The notes under the pieces: model-generated
The model's input: only the letters and a program-made list of their open reading frames with translations
Told to the model about the DNA's origin: nothing
Databases searched by the model: none
Program-made: the position numbers and the translations under genes
Shown: positions 9,239-19,070 of the stretch, in pieces
How positions within the stretch are numbered: the stretch's first letter is position 1
Layout of the letters: each line of letters begins with the position of its first letter
NCBI GenBank assembly: GCA_963674965.2
Contig: CAXXFL010000007.1
Span: 896,001-960,000, forward strand
Source of the DNA: a bacterium
GTDB lineage: Bacteria; RBG-13-61-14; DATKZS01
DNA length: 64,000 bases
Direction: 5' to 3'

Positions 9239-11488
9239 CTAGCGGACCGCCTTGTCCAGAAAGCTTTCCATCACGTTGTCGTGCCTTCCCTGGCTCGCGC
9301 CGGGAGGGACGTACAGCCCGTCTTGCGAGCCGTCCGCCACCCGCCAGGGGTCCTTTTTCGCCTCGGCGCGACAGGCGGCTATCTTGCGCGCAAGCTCGGC
9401 CCTCGCCGCCTCGTCCGCCTCGGCCATGTAATCGAGGGCCAGGCCCCCGGCGGCCCCGTAAAGGGCCAGCTTATTCGCCGGGCCCTCGAGCTCCCGCGCC
9501 AGCTCGAAGTCGGGAAGCGACCCGTAGAGCCGGCCCGGCAACGCCGAGTAGGACGCGAACAGGCCCCGCAGTATCTTCTCCGCCCCGGCCCGCTCCTCGC
9601 CGGTCCCCGCCTTCCAAAAGGCGTCAAGGGCGCGGGCAAGCTCGATATGTCCCACGTCCTGTCCGGGGAACAGGGGATGGTAGGCCTGGGCCCGGGCGAG
9701 GGGGGCGAGGACGTCACGGCCCTCCCCTCCCACCAGGTTGACCGCCTCCTCGAAGGCCCGGCCCGGATCGTACCCCGCCGGGTCCCGCATATATTGGCCC
9801 GCCGTGTACAGGGTGATCTTGCTCGAGTTGGGAAGATACATGGGGTTGAGGAATATGCCCTGGACCGCCTGGGGCAAGTCCCGGGACCTTCCCTCGTAGG
9901 GCGCCATGATGAGGTTGTATCGGAGGGTCACGTCGTTAACCGGGTTGTTGTCCCAGATAATGACCTTCCTGTTCCACGCGCCCATCAGGCCCCGCGCCGA
10001 GTCGGCCGTAATCGAGTCCGAGAAAATCTTGCCCGGCCCGGTCCACATGATTCCCACCTCGGGATGGATGGCCGAGAGCCCGGTAAGGTACGCGGCGTAG
10101 TTGGCCCTTTTCCTGGTCCAGTACTCGAGACTCCTCGAGTAGATGGTGGGCACGAAGAACATCTCGGCCCCCGGCGACCTTTCCGTCAGCCAGGCGTATA
10201 CGGTATTTGCCAGCTCGGCCTGACGCCGGGCCGTGACCGCGCCCGCCGACCGGTAATCGGGAATGTCGTCCAGGCAAAGGGTGAAGCTGGTGACGCCCAT
10301 CTCGAGCATGGCGCCCAGCTTCTCCTTTAGCTTCTCGAGGTCGCCCGGATCGGAGTAGTTGTAGTCCAGGCCCGGGCTCACGCCGAAGTTGAGCCGAAGT
10401 CCGCCGGCCCGGCACGCGTCGGCCAGCTCGCGAAAGTTTTCCATTTCCTCGGGAGGATAGGGCTTCCTCCACCATTGCCGATGGAAGGGGTCGCTCTTGG
10501 GCGCGTAAATATAGCGGTTATAGCCCGCGCCGGCCAGGAAGCGGACCATCTTGATCCTCTCCCGGTGGGGCCAGGGGTCGTTGTAAAAACCCTCGACCAC
10601 GCCTCGGATGGGAAAGGCGTAAGATGGAGAGCCCGGCGCGGCGGCCGAGGCCTCGGAGGAGGGCGCGGACATGCCCCCGTCGAACCCCCGGGCGCGGACC
10701 TTGTAATAACGGGCCCCGTTACCGGGACGGCGGTCAACCCAAGACCTTGCGTCCGTCTCGGCGATCAGGCTTTGCCGGCCCGGTTTGAAGCCGGGGGTCT
10801 CCGAGCCGTAAACCAGGTAATCGTACGTCCCGGCGCCTCCAGCGCTCCATTCGACCTTGATCCCGCCGGCGCCCGAGGAGGCCGAGACCTTCCCGACCGG
10901 CCCGGGCGAGGGGGCGGGCGTTCCCCAAACGTCCAGGCCCACCACCGCGAAGCCCTTGCCCGTGCCGCTCTTCTCGCACCAGAGCCGCAAGTATCGGCAG
11001 TTCACCTCGCCGGGAAACCGAAGCTCGGACAGGCCCCGCTTCTCGATGTTCCCCCTTGCGATCGTGGTCCAAATCTCGCCGTCATTCGAGGACTCGAGAT
11101 GGAAGGACGACGCGAAATCGCGCCCCCACAGGATGCCGACGCGGGACAGCCTGGCCGATCGGGCAAGGCGGTTGGCAAAGTCGTACTGGAGATACTCGTC
11201 TTGATTGCCGTCGGTGGCCCATTGAGTAATGGGGCTTTGATCGGCCGCGTAGATGGGTTTGAGATTGGGCCAGGAGTTCGGGTCGTCAAGGTTGACCTGG
11301 GGAAACTCGGAGGCGCGGGGAATTTCCGAAAGGCGGGCCCTTCTAAAGGATGAGGCCGTGACCTTGGCCGAGGCGGCCCGGTTCATGGCCTCGATCTCGG
11401 CCTGGGAAGAAGCCCGCTCGGGCGCTATAAGGGCGGCATAAAAAAGGATCGCCGCGAAAGCGACGCAATGTAACGTTCTTCGTTTCAA
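9239..11488 (-). CDS. secreted GH84 beta-N-acetylglucosaminidase with F5/8 (CBM32-like) and FN3 domains
   Basis: RGVVEGFY..PW, YIYAPKSDPFHR, catalytic DD (LCLDDIP), WDNNPVND; signal peptide; TTG start with GGAGG RBS. Confidence 0.85.
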   Translation of the reverse strand: MKRRTLHCVAFAAILFYAALIAPERASSQAEIEAMNRAASAKVTASSFRRARLSEIPRASEFPQVNLDDPNSWPNLKPIYAADQSPITQWATDGNQDEYLQYDFANRLARSARLSRVGILWGRDFASSFHLESSNDGEIWTTIARGNIEKRGLSELRFPGEVNCRYLRLWCEKSGTGKGFAVVGLDVWGTPAPSPGPVGKVSASSGAGGIKVEWSAGGAGTYDYLVYGSETPGFKPGRQSLIAETDARSWVDRRPGNGARYYKVRARGFDGGMSAPSSEASAAAPGSPSYAFPIRGVVEGFYNDPWPHRERIKMVRFLAGAGYNRYIYAPKSDPFHRQWWRKPYPPEEMENFRELADACRAGGLRLNFGVSPGLDYNYSDPGDLEKLKEKLGAMLEMGVTSFTLCLDDIPDYRSAGAVTARRQAELANTVYAWLTERSPGAEMFFVPTIYSRSLEYWTRKRANYAAYLTGLSAIHPEVGIMWTGPGKIFSDSITADSARGLMGAWNRKVIIWDNNPVNDVTLRYNLIMAPYEGRSRDLPQAVQGIFLNPMYLPNSSKITLYTAGQYMRDPAGYDPGRAFEEAVNLVGGEGRDVLAPLARAQAYHPLFPGQDVGHIELARALDAFWKAGTGEERAGAEKILRGLFASYSALPGRLYGSLPDFELARELEGPANKLALYGAAGGLALDYMAEADEAARAELARKIAACRAEAKKDPWRVADGSQDGLYVPPGASQGRHDNVMESFLDKAVR

Positions 11489-11560
11489 TACAGTCCTCCA
11501 CGGGGCCGCGCTGACGGGCCTCGATATTGGGTCCCCCTTATCGGCTTTTGGGCTTGGGGG

Positions 11561-12481
11561 TCAGTTCTTTTCCTTGTCCGGGAGGAGGGCCTTGATTTTT
11601 TCCATGGCCTCTCCCGTCAATTCGTAGGTCCGGTTAAAGGGATTGGTCTCGCCCTCGGGACCGGCGACGGCGTTCCCGTCCTCGATCATCTTATCCAGGT
11701 GGGCCCAGGCGGTGGCCGCGGCCGCCATCTCGAGGGACGGGTGTATCAATCCCAAATACATGGCCTTGACCAGGTCCTTTAAGTTTTTAGGGCCGTCCAT
11801 CAGGCAGGCGGCGACGTTAACCTCTCGAAGCTCCCGATGTCCGATCAGCTCGAGGACGCGATCGAGGGGATCGGTCCTGACGCTCCCGTGTCCGGGCATT
11901 AACGCCGAGGCGGCCAGGTCCCGGACCCGCTTTAGCGAGCGCATGTAGTCGGCCATGTTGCCCTCGGGCGGGGCTACCAGGGTCGAGCCCGAGCCGGTGA
12001 CCAGGTCTCCGGTGAAGAGCGTCCCGTCATTCTCGTCGAAAAGGCAAACGTGGCCGGGAGTGTGGCCGGGCGTATGGATCGCCTTCAGGGTCCGCGTTCC
12101 CGCCCGGATCAGGTCTCCATCCAGGACCGCCTCGTCCGCCTTCACGCCGGGAAAACGGCGGGAGATGGAGGCCGCGTCCAACTCGTGAGCCATGACGGGG
12201 CAGCCTTTCATCTCCCGGAGCTTCCAGGCGCTTCCCGCGTGGTCGATATGGCCGTGAGTAAGCACGATCCTCTCGAGGTCCGCGTCTCCCAGGGCCTCGA
12301 GGATCAGGTCCAGGCTGGAGGGCCTGTCGTAGCCCGAGTCGATCAAGGTCACCGGGCCGGTCCCGACGGCGTAGATATTGGGCGTCTCCCACCCGGTGTC
12401 GGGCTCCTGGCGGGGCGTGATCTTCCTGACGCCGGGGGCCACCTCCGTGACCGAGCCGCCGCCGTTTTTCATATCCGTCAT
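11561..12481 (-). CDS. MBL-fold metallo-hydrolase (LACTB2-like) with C-terminal winged helix
   Basis: THGHIDH, HTPGHTPGH, LFTGD, PGHG. Confidence 0.85.
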   Translation of the reverse strand: MTDMKNGGGSVTEVAPGVRKITPRQEPDTGWETPNIYAVGTGPVTLIDSGYDRPSSLDLILEALGDADLERIVLTHGHIDHAGSAWKLREMKGCPVMAHELDAASISRRFPGVKADEAVLDGDLIRAGTRTLKAIHTPGHTPGHVCLFDENDGTLFTGDLVTGSGSTLVAPPEGNMADYMRSLKRVRDLAASALMPGHGSVRTDPLDRVLELIGHRELREVNVAACLMDGPKNLKDLVKAMYLGLIHPSLEMAAAATAWAHLDKMIEDGNAVAGPEGETNPFNRTYELTGEAMEKIKALLPDKEKN

Positions 12482-12495
12482 TACCGGACCATCCT

Positions 12496-13050
12496 TTAAA
12501 AGCTCCGGGGCTTGCAAAGTACCTCGCGGACCTTGATATCGAAAAACTTGTTCGAGGAGTTGGCCTTGATAATGGCCGCCGTGTCCCATCCCTTGCCCGT
12601 GCCCGCCACCGCTATCACGTCCGCGAAGGGAACCAGCCCGCTATCGGCGGCCATGGCCACTATCTCGGGGCAGACCTTCATGCCCTGGCCGAACATCCGG
12701 AGGGTGGCGTTTATTATCTCCGTGTGCGAGAAGCCGCCCAGCTTGCTCGAGATGGCCTTGTTGATATTGCGGGTGACCATGGTACCCGTGAGCACCGCGT
12801 GGCCGGCCGAGATTATTTTCTCCCTGACGGCCGGATCGAACTCGTTTTTATCCTCCTCCGAGAAGCCGAAGTTGTGAGTGACGGCCACTATCTTAAGGCC
12901 CGAGTCCGCCCCTTCCTCCATCAGACCGAGAACGCTCTTGCCCGTGGTCGAGGCCGCGACCACGTGGCTTATGTTCCTTTCCCTGGCCTCCTTCACCACT
13001 ATCCGGATGACCGCCGGGGTGTTCTCGGGTCCGGGTTTGTCAAAATACAT
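12496..13050 (-). CDS. pyruvate kinase alpha/beta-domain protein (COG1751-like)
   Basis: YFDKPGPENT, VVAASTTG, LRMFGQGMKVCPEI..MAADSG, GTGKGWDTA. Confidence 0.8.
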   Translation of the reverse strand: MYFDKPGPENTPAVIRIVVKEARERNISHVVAASTTGKSVLGLMEEGADSGLKIVAVTHNFGFSEEDKNEFDPAVREKIISAGHAVLTGTMVTRNINKAISSKLGGFSHTEIINATLRMFGQGMKVCPEIVAMAADSGLVPFADVIAVAGTGKGWDTAAIIKANSSNKFFDIKVREVLCKPRSF

Positions 13051-13255
13051 GATGGTTCCTCCCGTTTTCGCTGGTGGGCTGGTTTAACGCGGGGCGGGTG
13101 AAACTTGCTTCAATAACCATCCCGCGCCTGACGGCGCCCGGATAGCGAGCTATCCGGTTTACCCTTTGATTATGCCATCTTCTCATTTAGACGGGCTAAT
13201 GTAACATGGCCTTCCCCGTCAGGCCAGAGAATACAACGGGCCTTGCAAGACGCCG

Positions 13256-15457
13256 TCAATTTCCCGCGCCCCAGCTCTCGTTGGGCTTGGGCCCCATTTC
13301 AAAGACCAACTCTCCGCCGCTTATGATCTGGCCGTGACGGAGGAAGGGCGAGTTAAGGGGCTCTCCGTTCAGGGTCGCCGACTGGACGTAGATATTTTTC
13401 CTCGATTGGTTATGGGCGATCACGGTAAAGGTCGCCTCCTTGTATGGGGGTCCTATTTTTATTTTTGCCTTTTCCCAGCGCGGGCTTCCAATGGCGTAAA
13501 GGTCCGTGCCCGGCGTGACCGGATAAAAACCTATCGAGCCGAAGATATACCAGGCCGACGTCTGGCCGCAGTCATCGTTGCCGATGAGGCCGAAGGGCCG
13601 GTTCCAGTAGTAAGTATCCAGGACGTGGGCCACCTCGCGCTGGGTCTTCCAGGGCTTGCCCACGTAGTCGTACAAATATGGATAATGGTGCGACGGCTCG
13701 TTGGCGTGATTGTACCTGGCCAGTCGAAGATAGGGCAGGAATATCTTGTCCAGGTTTTTCTCGACCGCCTCGGGTCCGCCCATAAGCTCGATCATGCCGG
13801 GTATGTCCTGCATGGCCAGGAACATGTAATGCCACTTGAGCCCCTCCGTGAAACCGCCGCTGGACCAGGACCCGTCCGCCTTCCTTCCTCTCATGAACCC
13901 TTTATAATAGAGGTTCTTGTAATTGCGGCTATGCTCCATTAATAGCTCGTAATCGTCCATACGGCCGGCGGCCTTGGCGAGCTGGGCCACGCAGAAGTCG
14001 TCGTAGGCGAACTCGAGGGTCCGCGAGACGGCCTCGGCGGTCTTGTCGGTGGGCACGTAGCCGAGATCGAGATACCAGCTCAGGCCGCCGCGAGACTCGA
14101 CCGAGGTCCAGGGGGCCCGGTCCGCCCACCTCTTTTCCCGGTCGCCCTCCGGCGGGTCGAGCGCGTTATGCCGGGTGGCCTCGTAGGCCAACTCGAGGTC
14201 GAAGTCCCTGACGCCCTTGACCCAGGCGTCGGCGATCATCGAGTCCGAGTGGGACCCGATCATGATCCCGGTGTAGGTCGGGTTGGGCCACTTGGGCAGC
14301 CATCCTCCCTCCTGGTACGTCTGGAGAAGCGACGTGACCATGTCCGACACGCGCTCGGTGGCCGTGAGTATTAAAAGCGGGTGCTCGGCCCGGAAGGTGT
14401 CCCACAAGGAGTAGTCGTTGTAGGCCACGCCCTGGTGTATTTGATCGTCGAAGGCCGAGTAATACTGGCCGTACTCGGAGAACGTCCGGGGATAAAGATG
14501 CGCGTGGTACATGCCGGTATAGAAAATGGTCAGCATGTCCTCGTCCGGCCCCTCCACCATGATACGCGAGAGCTGCTCGTTCCACGCCTCGCGTCCCCGT
14601 TCTTTTATCGCCTCGAGGTCCCAGTGGGGAATCTCGGCGCGCAGGTTGGCCTCGGCCTTCTCGAGGCTGATGAGTGACGTGCCGATCCGGACCCGTACTT
14701 TTTGCGTCCCGTCGGCGAAAACCGCGTAGGCGCCAACGGCGTCTCCTTGCTCCTCGGCCGAGCCCTCGGAGAGGTCATTGCCCGCGTAAGTCCCATACCC
14801 CGTAATGGGTCGGTCGAACTCGATAACGAAGTACCCCTTGAAATTGGGAAGGGGCGGACCCAGATGGGCCGAGTCCCTGTCCGAGTTCCATCCCGAGATT
14901 CGGCCCTTGTCCACGTCCACCTCGACCCGGCCCGGGAAGCCCTTGTCGCGGCCGGCGTCCACCACTATATGAGGGGAGTCCGTATCGGAGAACTCGAAAC
15001 TCATGATCGAGCTTCTCTCGTGGGCGGCCATCTCGACCCTGAAGCCGCCGAACCGGAGGGCGTAGTAATAGGGCGTGGTCACCTCCTCCTTGTGGGAATA
15101 AGGCGCTCCCCGCCGGGAGAAGCGGTGCTCGACCGCGCCGGAGCCGGGCATGATCGAGACCTCGCCGTAGTCGCCCATCCACACCGCGGGCTGGCGCGTG
15201 CCGAGAAAGCCGATGATCCGGTGATCGCGATACCGGTAAGGACACTTTCCGATCTTGTGAAGCTGGGTCATGGGCGTCCACTGGATCATGCCGAAGGGAC
15301 GCGTCACGCCGGGGATCATCCCGCCGTAAAGGCTGATGGTCCTGATTCCGTCCGTGCCTATCATGGGGTTCACGTAATCCACCGGCTCCATGGCCGGGGA
15401 GGCCAGTGCTAAAAAAAAAGCCGCCAGAAAAAGGACGAAAGGCGCCGACCTTTTCAT
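13256..15457 (-). CDS. secreted GH92 alpha-mannosidase
   Basis: DYVNPMIGT, PFGMIQWTP, SLWDTFRA, SRTLEFAYDD, HANEPSHH, GNDDCGQTSAW; signal peptide; AGGAGG RBS. Confidence 0.9.
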   Translation of the reverse strand: MKRSAPFVLFLAAFFLALASPAMEPVDYVNPMIGTDGIRTISLYGGMIPGVTRPFGMIQWTPMTQLHKIGKCPYRYRDHRIIGFLGTRQPAVWMGDYGEVSIMPGSGAVEHRFSRRGAPYSHKEEVTTPYYYALRFGGFRVEMAAHERSSIMSFEFSDTDSPHIVVDAGRDKGFPGRVEVDVDKGRISGWNSDRDSAHLGPPLPNFKGYFVIEFDRPITGYGTYAGNDLSEGSAEEQGDAVGAYAVFADGTQKVRVRIGTSLISLEKAEANLRAEIPHWDLEAIKERGREAWNEQLSRIMVEGPDEDMLTIFYTGMYHAHLYPRTFSEYGQYYSAFDDQIHQGVAYNDYSLWDTFRAEHPLLILTATERVSDMVTSLLQTYQEGGWLPKWPNPTYTGIMIGSHSDSMIADAWVKGVRDFDLELAYEATRHNALDPPEGDREKRWADRAPWTSVESRGGLSWYLDLGYVPTDKTAEAVSRTLEFAYDDFCVAQLAKAAGRMDDYELLMEHSRNYKNLYYKGFMRGRKADGSWSSGGFTEGLKWHYMFLAMQDIPGMIELMGGPEAVEKNLDKIFLPYLRLARYNHANEPSHHYPYLYDYVGKPWKTQREVAHVLDTYYWNRPFGLIGNDDCGQTSAWYIFGSIGFYPVTPGTDLYAIGSPRWEKAKIKIGPPYKEATFTVIAHNQSRKNIYVQSATLNGEPLNSPFLRHGQIISGGELVFEMGPKPNESWGAGN

Positions 15458-15782
15458 TTCCAATCCTCCTTAAAATGGCCGCCCGCGAAATACAAGCGGC
15501 CTGATCATGCCTGATATACTAACCGGCGGCTGGCGTCCTCGTCAAAGATCGGCCATGGTGTTTTTACGGACCCATCCGTTTTTGAACGAACGCGTCTCGG
15601 CCAGAGGGTAGGTTTTTTGTAAGTGGAGCCGCGGCGGGGTTGTGAATCCGAAGATATGGTGGATCGAAAGCGTGAACCTTTTCGACTTTTTATCAGCAAG
15701 AACCGTAACGAGAGGTCGAAATTGATCGGCCGCTTGGCCGAGGGCTTTCTCCACGTGAACGGGCGGGGTTAGTTGCCCGCCG

Positions 15783-15971
15783 CTAATTATCGTATTTTGA
15801 TTTTTTCCCTGTGGGCAGGAAACCCGGATACTCTCCCTCTTCGCCGCCCTGGATCACGTACTCCTCAGCCCGCGAGGAGGGCGAGTCTTCAACCTCCCAG
15901 GCGTTGGCAGAGGGAGTGACTATTCGTTTTTTATCCTTTTCGCCGTTGGATTCCAATTCCAGGTAAAGCAT
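15783..15971 (-). CDS. small acidic hypothetical protein (62 aa)
   Basis: GGAGGA RBS 5 nt before ATG; GC hairpin just after the stop; sigma54-like promoter upstream. Confidence 0.5.
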   Translation of the reverse strand: MLYLELESNGEKDKKRIVTPSANAWEVEDSPSSRAEEYVIQGGEEGEYPGFLPTGKKSKYDN

Positions 15972-16141
15972 TTTCTTCCTCCATTTTCTTATTCAAAGGC
16001 CGGGAGGCGGTTTGGCGAGGGGGCCTTTGATTTGCGCTGAAATATTTCCCCGTTCCTTTATTTCCCAAGAGACGGCGCTTATTTCGTTCTCTTCCCCAAG
16101 AAAACCGCCGTCTCTTCGCGGGCGCTCGATAACCGGTTAAG

Positions 16142-16157
16142 TCCAAATTGCGTGCCA
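16142..16157 (-). promoter_or_regulatory. sigma54-like -24/-12 promoter
   Basis: TGGCACGCAATTTGGA versus consensus TGGCACG-N4-TTGCW (GG instead of GC at -12). Confidence 0.5.
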
Positions 16158-16310
16158 ACTTTTAAGGCCATAAGCGCTTTACCGAGTTGTAAAACAACCT
16201 CTTATACATATTGTCATACGATTCCGGCGTCTTGAAGCGGCCGATAAAAAAGGCGTCCCCAGATTTTGCCTTTCTCAACCGGTTTTTACCGTTCGCTCCA
16301 ATTCTGAAAA

Positions 16311-16350
16311 ACTGACAAATTTTGTCAGTGGCCCGGCGAAAATCGTCAGT
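16311..16350. promoter_or_regulatory. tandem palindromic activator sites (UAS-like)
   Basis: perfect ACTGACAAA-T-TTTGTCAGT (16311-16329) plus a degenerate copy ending TCGTCAGT (16332-16350). Confidence 0.55.
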
Positions 16351-16441
16351 CTTTTAAAGTCTCTTTCAGCGTGATCTGTCCTTGGATAAAAGATTTCATG
16401 CCGCGGGCGACGCCGTGAATCTTCACTATGAGGTTGTGAGC

Positions 16442-17638
16442 TCAGTCGTTCTCCGGCGCCTTGGACCTGGGCCTGGCCATGGACCAGACGATGGGACTAA
16501 GGGCCAGCAGGATGGCGGAGAAGGCGATGAAGGAAACGGCGTATCCCGCGTATTGGGCAAGGCCTCCCCCCAGGGACGGGCCGATGATGAACCCCGAGGC
16601 CCAGAGCGCGTTGGTCAGCCCGAAGGCCACGCCGTATTGTCCGTCCTTGTCCCTGACGGCGTCGGTGAAAAGAGGAAGAACGGGCGCGAACACCAGGGCC
16701 CAGCCGGCGCCGACCAGGACCATCCAGCATACAAGTATGTACCTGTCCATGATCAGCACGAAGCCGGGCATGGTAAAGGCCGAGACCACCAGCCCCAGGG
16801 CGATGAGTTTCCGCGTTTCCACCTTTTGCGAGAGCCACCCGGCCGCGGGCATGCATATGGCCACGGACCCTCCCACCGCCACCAGGAGCGCGCTGATCCA
16901 GGTGGGAGAAAACCTCAGCTTCTCGTCAAGATATAGGGGCAGTATGGGCTCGATCATGCCGATGAAGGACGCGCCCGCCACGTAAACTATTGACGCCGCC
17001 ACGATCCTCCTGCTGGTGAAGAGGCGGGACAATTCCCCGAGGGGGCTCCCGCCGGCCCTGGTCCACTCCGCCCTGGGAAGGGTCGAGGCCAAGACGCCGC
17101 ATAGAACGCAAAGTCCGGCCATGATGAAAAAGGGGGGATATATCTTGTCCGTCAGGTCCACGAGAGGTCCGCTCAGAAGCGGTCCGATCAGCGTTCCCAC
17201 CTCGCCCGCCGCCATCAGCGTCCCGAACCTCGAGCCCAGGACCTCCCGGGGATAATAGTCCGCCACCAGGGCCATGGCCACGGTCCAGGTGGCGATCCCT
17301 CCCGCGGCGTCAATGACCCTGGCCGCCAGCAGTCCCCAGTAGCCGTCGGCCGCGACTATTCCGACCAGGGCGAGGGCCTTGCAGGCCATGCCCAGGTAGA
17401 TAAAGGGAAGACGCCCTACCCTGTCGGCGAGAGCGCCGAAGGGAATGGGCAGCGCGAGCATGACGCAGCCGTAAACGATATAAAGGGACGACACGTCGAA
17501 GGCGGTAAGGTCCATCTTCTTGACGAAGTGGGGCATGACGGGCACGATGACGCCGTAGCTCGCGGCGTCGACGCAAATGATCAGCGATAGAAGCGCCAGT
17601 GGAAAAAGGGAGGCCCCGTCCTTATCGCCGGCGGTCAC
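16442..17638 (-). CDS. MFS transporter
   Basis: about 12 hydrophobic segments; motif A GALADRVGR. Confidence 0.9.
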   Translation of the reverse strand: MTAGDKDGASLFPLALLSLIICVDAASYGVIVPVMPHFVKKMDLTAFDVSSLYIVYGCVMLALPIPFGALADRVGRLPFIYLGMACKALALVGIVAADGYWGLLAARVIDAAGGIATWTVAMALVADYYPREVLGSRFGTLMAAGEVGTLIGPLLSGPLVDLTDKIYPPFFIMAGLCVLCGVLASTLPRAEWTRAGGSPLGELSRLFTSRRIVAASIVYVAGASFIGMIEPILPLYLDEKLRFSPTWISALLVAVGGSVAICMPAAGWLSQKVETRKLIALGLVVSAFTMPGFVLIMDRYILVCWMVLVGAGWALVFAPVLPLFTDAVRDKDGQYGVAFGLTNALWASGFIIGPSLGGGLAQYAGYAVSFIAFSAILLALSPIVWSMARPRSKAPEND

Positions 17639-17647
17639 GGGAGGTCC

Positions 17648-19069
17648 TCAGCGGTCCACGACCTTCTCGATCAGGCGCGCGGCGTTGCCCTCCAGGATCA
17701 AGCCGACGTCCTTTTCCGAGTATCCCCTCCTTATAAGCTCGGCGGCCAGGTTCTGGTGCATGGACGCGTTCTCGAGTCCTCGCGGCGGCCTGATGCCTCC
17801 GTCGTAATCCGAGCCTATGGCCGCGCAGCCCAGGCCGCCCAACTTGACGATATGGTCGATATGGTTCGCGACGTCGGCGACCGCGGCGGCCCCGCCGGCG
17901 GTGAGGAAGGAGTCGTAGTAGTTGACTCCGATAACCCCGCCCTTCGAACAGACGCCCGCGATGAGGTCGTCCTTTAAATTCCGGTAATGGTTCCGGAGCG
18001 AATAGGCGCAAGAGTGGGAAGCGATAATAGGGTCCGAGCTGAGACGGAGGCAGTCCCGGACCGTCTCGTCCGAGGCGTGGGACACGTCAACAATGACGCC
18101 TAACTCGTTCATGCGGCGAACGACTTCCTCACCGAACCCGGAAAGGCCGCCGTGGCTTTTATTTTTATCCCTGGCCGCGTCGGCGATGGCGTTATGGTGG
18201 TTCCAGGTCAGGGTCACGTATCTCACTCCCCGGGCGTGGAAGTGGTCCAGGTTTTTAATATCCTCGCCGATGGCCTCGCCCCCCTCGATGGCCAGGAAGG
18301 CCGAGACCTTGCCCTCGCCCTTGTTCCGGCGGTAATCGCCCTCCGAGGTCGCCAGGGCCAGGTCGCCGGCGTTGGCCTCGATCATCCAGTCGAAGGCGTC
18401 CATCAGCCGGTTGGCGTAGGAGAAGGCCTCGGAGCGCTTGTCCGTCGGTATCCAGACGGCGAAGAACTGGGCCGTGACTCCGCCGGCCTTCAGGCGAGGC
18501 ATGGTAACCTCGAGCCCGCCGCCCTTGAACAAGCCCACGTCCCGGGCCTGATATAGTTTGGTCACGGTGTCGCAATGGAGGTCTATGACCGGGAATTTCA
18601 TGGCCGCTCCGATTGGATCTCGGTCGGGCGTCTCGGTCAGGGGAGGGGGAGGACCGCCGCCCGATCCGACTATGGTAATAACCAGAATATTGTCGTGCTC
18701 GAGTCCGATGAAGGCGTTGGCCGGGCCGCTGGTCTCGACCACTACCCGGACTATAGGCGTTGGATCGACGGCGTTCTGGGAGGCCCTTACCCTCACCACC
18801 GAGCCGCCGCCGACTTCCTTGGTAAGTCCCTTCTCGACGATGGCGCCCATGAGGTCCACGACGATCTTGTTCTCGCCCGCGTTCACGCGTCTGTACTGGA
18901 AGCCGGCGTTGGCCACGACTCTTATCACGGCGGCGTCGCCCTGGACGGACGCGTAAAGGTCCCTCACCACCGCCGCCTGGTCCTGGCCCATGGCGTTAAA
19001 AGAGATCAGGCCCAGGGTCAGGACGGCGAGAATAATAATCCGCCGCGCCCGGGGAAGCGGTTTTATCAT
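17648..19069 (-). CDS. AMIN domain-membrane dipeptidase (peptidase M19) fusion, secreted
   Basis: signal peptide; AMIN (KIVVDL..VRASQ..VRVVVET); Pro-rich linker; M19 motifs DLHCDT, IEGG, LTWN, DVSH, ASHS, GSDYDG. Confidence 0.85.
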   Translation of the reverse strand: MIKPLPRARRIIILAVLTLGLISFNAMGQDQAAVVRDLYASVQGDAAVIRVVANAGFQYRRVNAGENKIVVDLMGAIVEKGLTKEVGGGSVVRVRASQNAVDPTPIVRVVVETSGPANAFIGLEHDNILVITIVGSGGGPPPPLTETPDRDPIGAAMKFPVIDLHCDTVTKLYQARDVGLFKGGGLEVTMPRLKAGGVTAQFFAVWIPTDKRSEAFSYANRLMDAFDWMIEANAGDLALATSEGDYRRNKGEGKVSAFLAIEGGEAIGEDIKNLDHFHARGVRYVTLTWNHHNAIADAARDKNKSHGGLSGFGEEVVRRMNELGVIVDVSHASDETVRDCLRLSSDPIIASHSCAYSLRNHYRNLKDDLIAGVCSKGGVIGVNYYDSFLTAGGAAAVADVANHIDHIVKLGGLGCAAIGSDYDGGIRPPRGLENASMHQNLAAELIRRGYSEKDVGLILEGNAARLIEKVVDR

Positions 19070-19070
19070 T

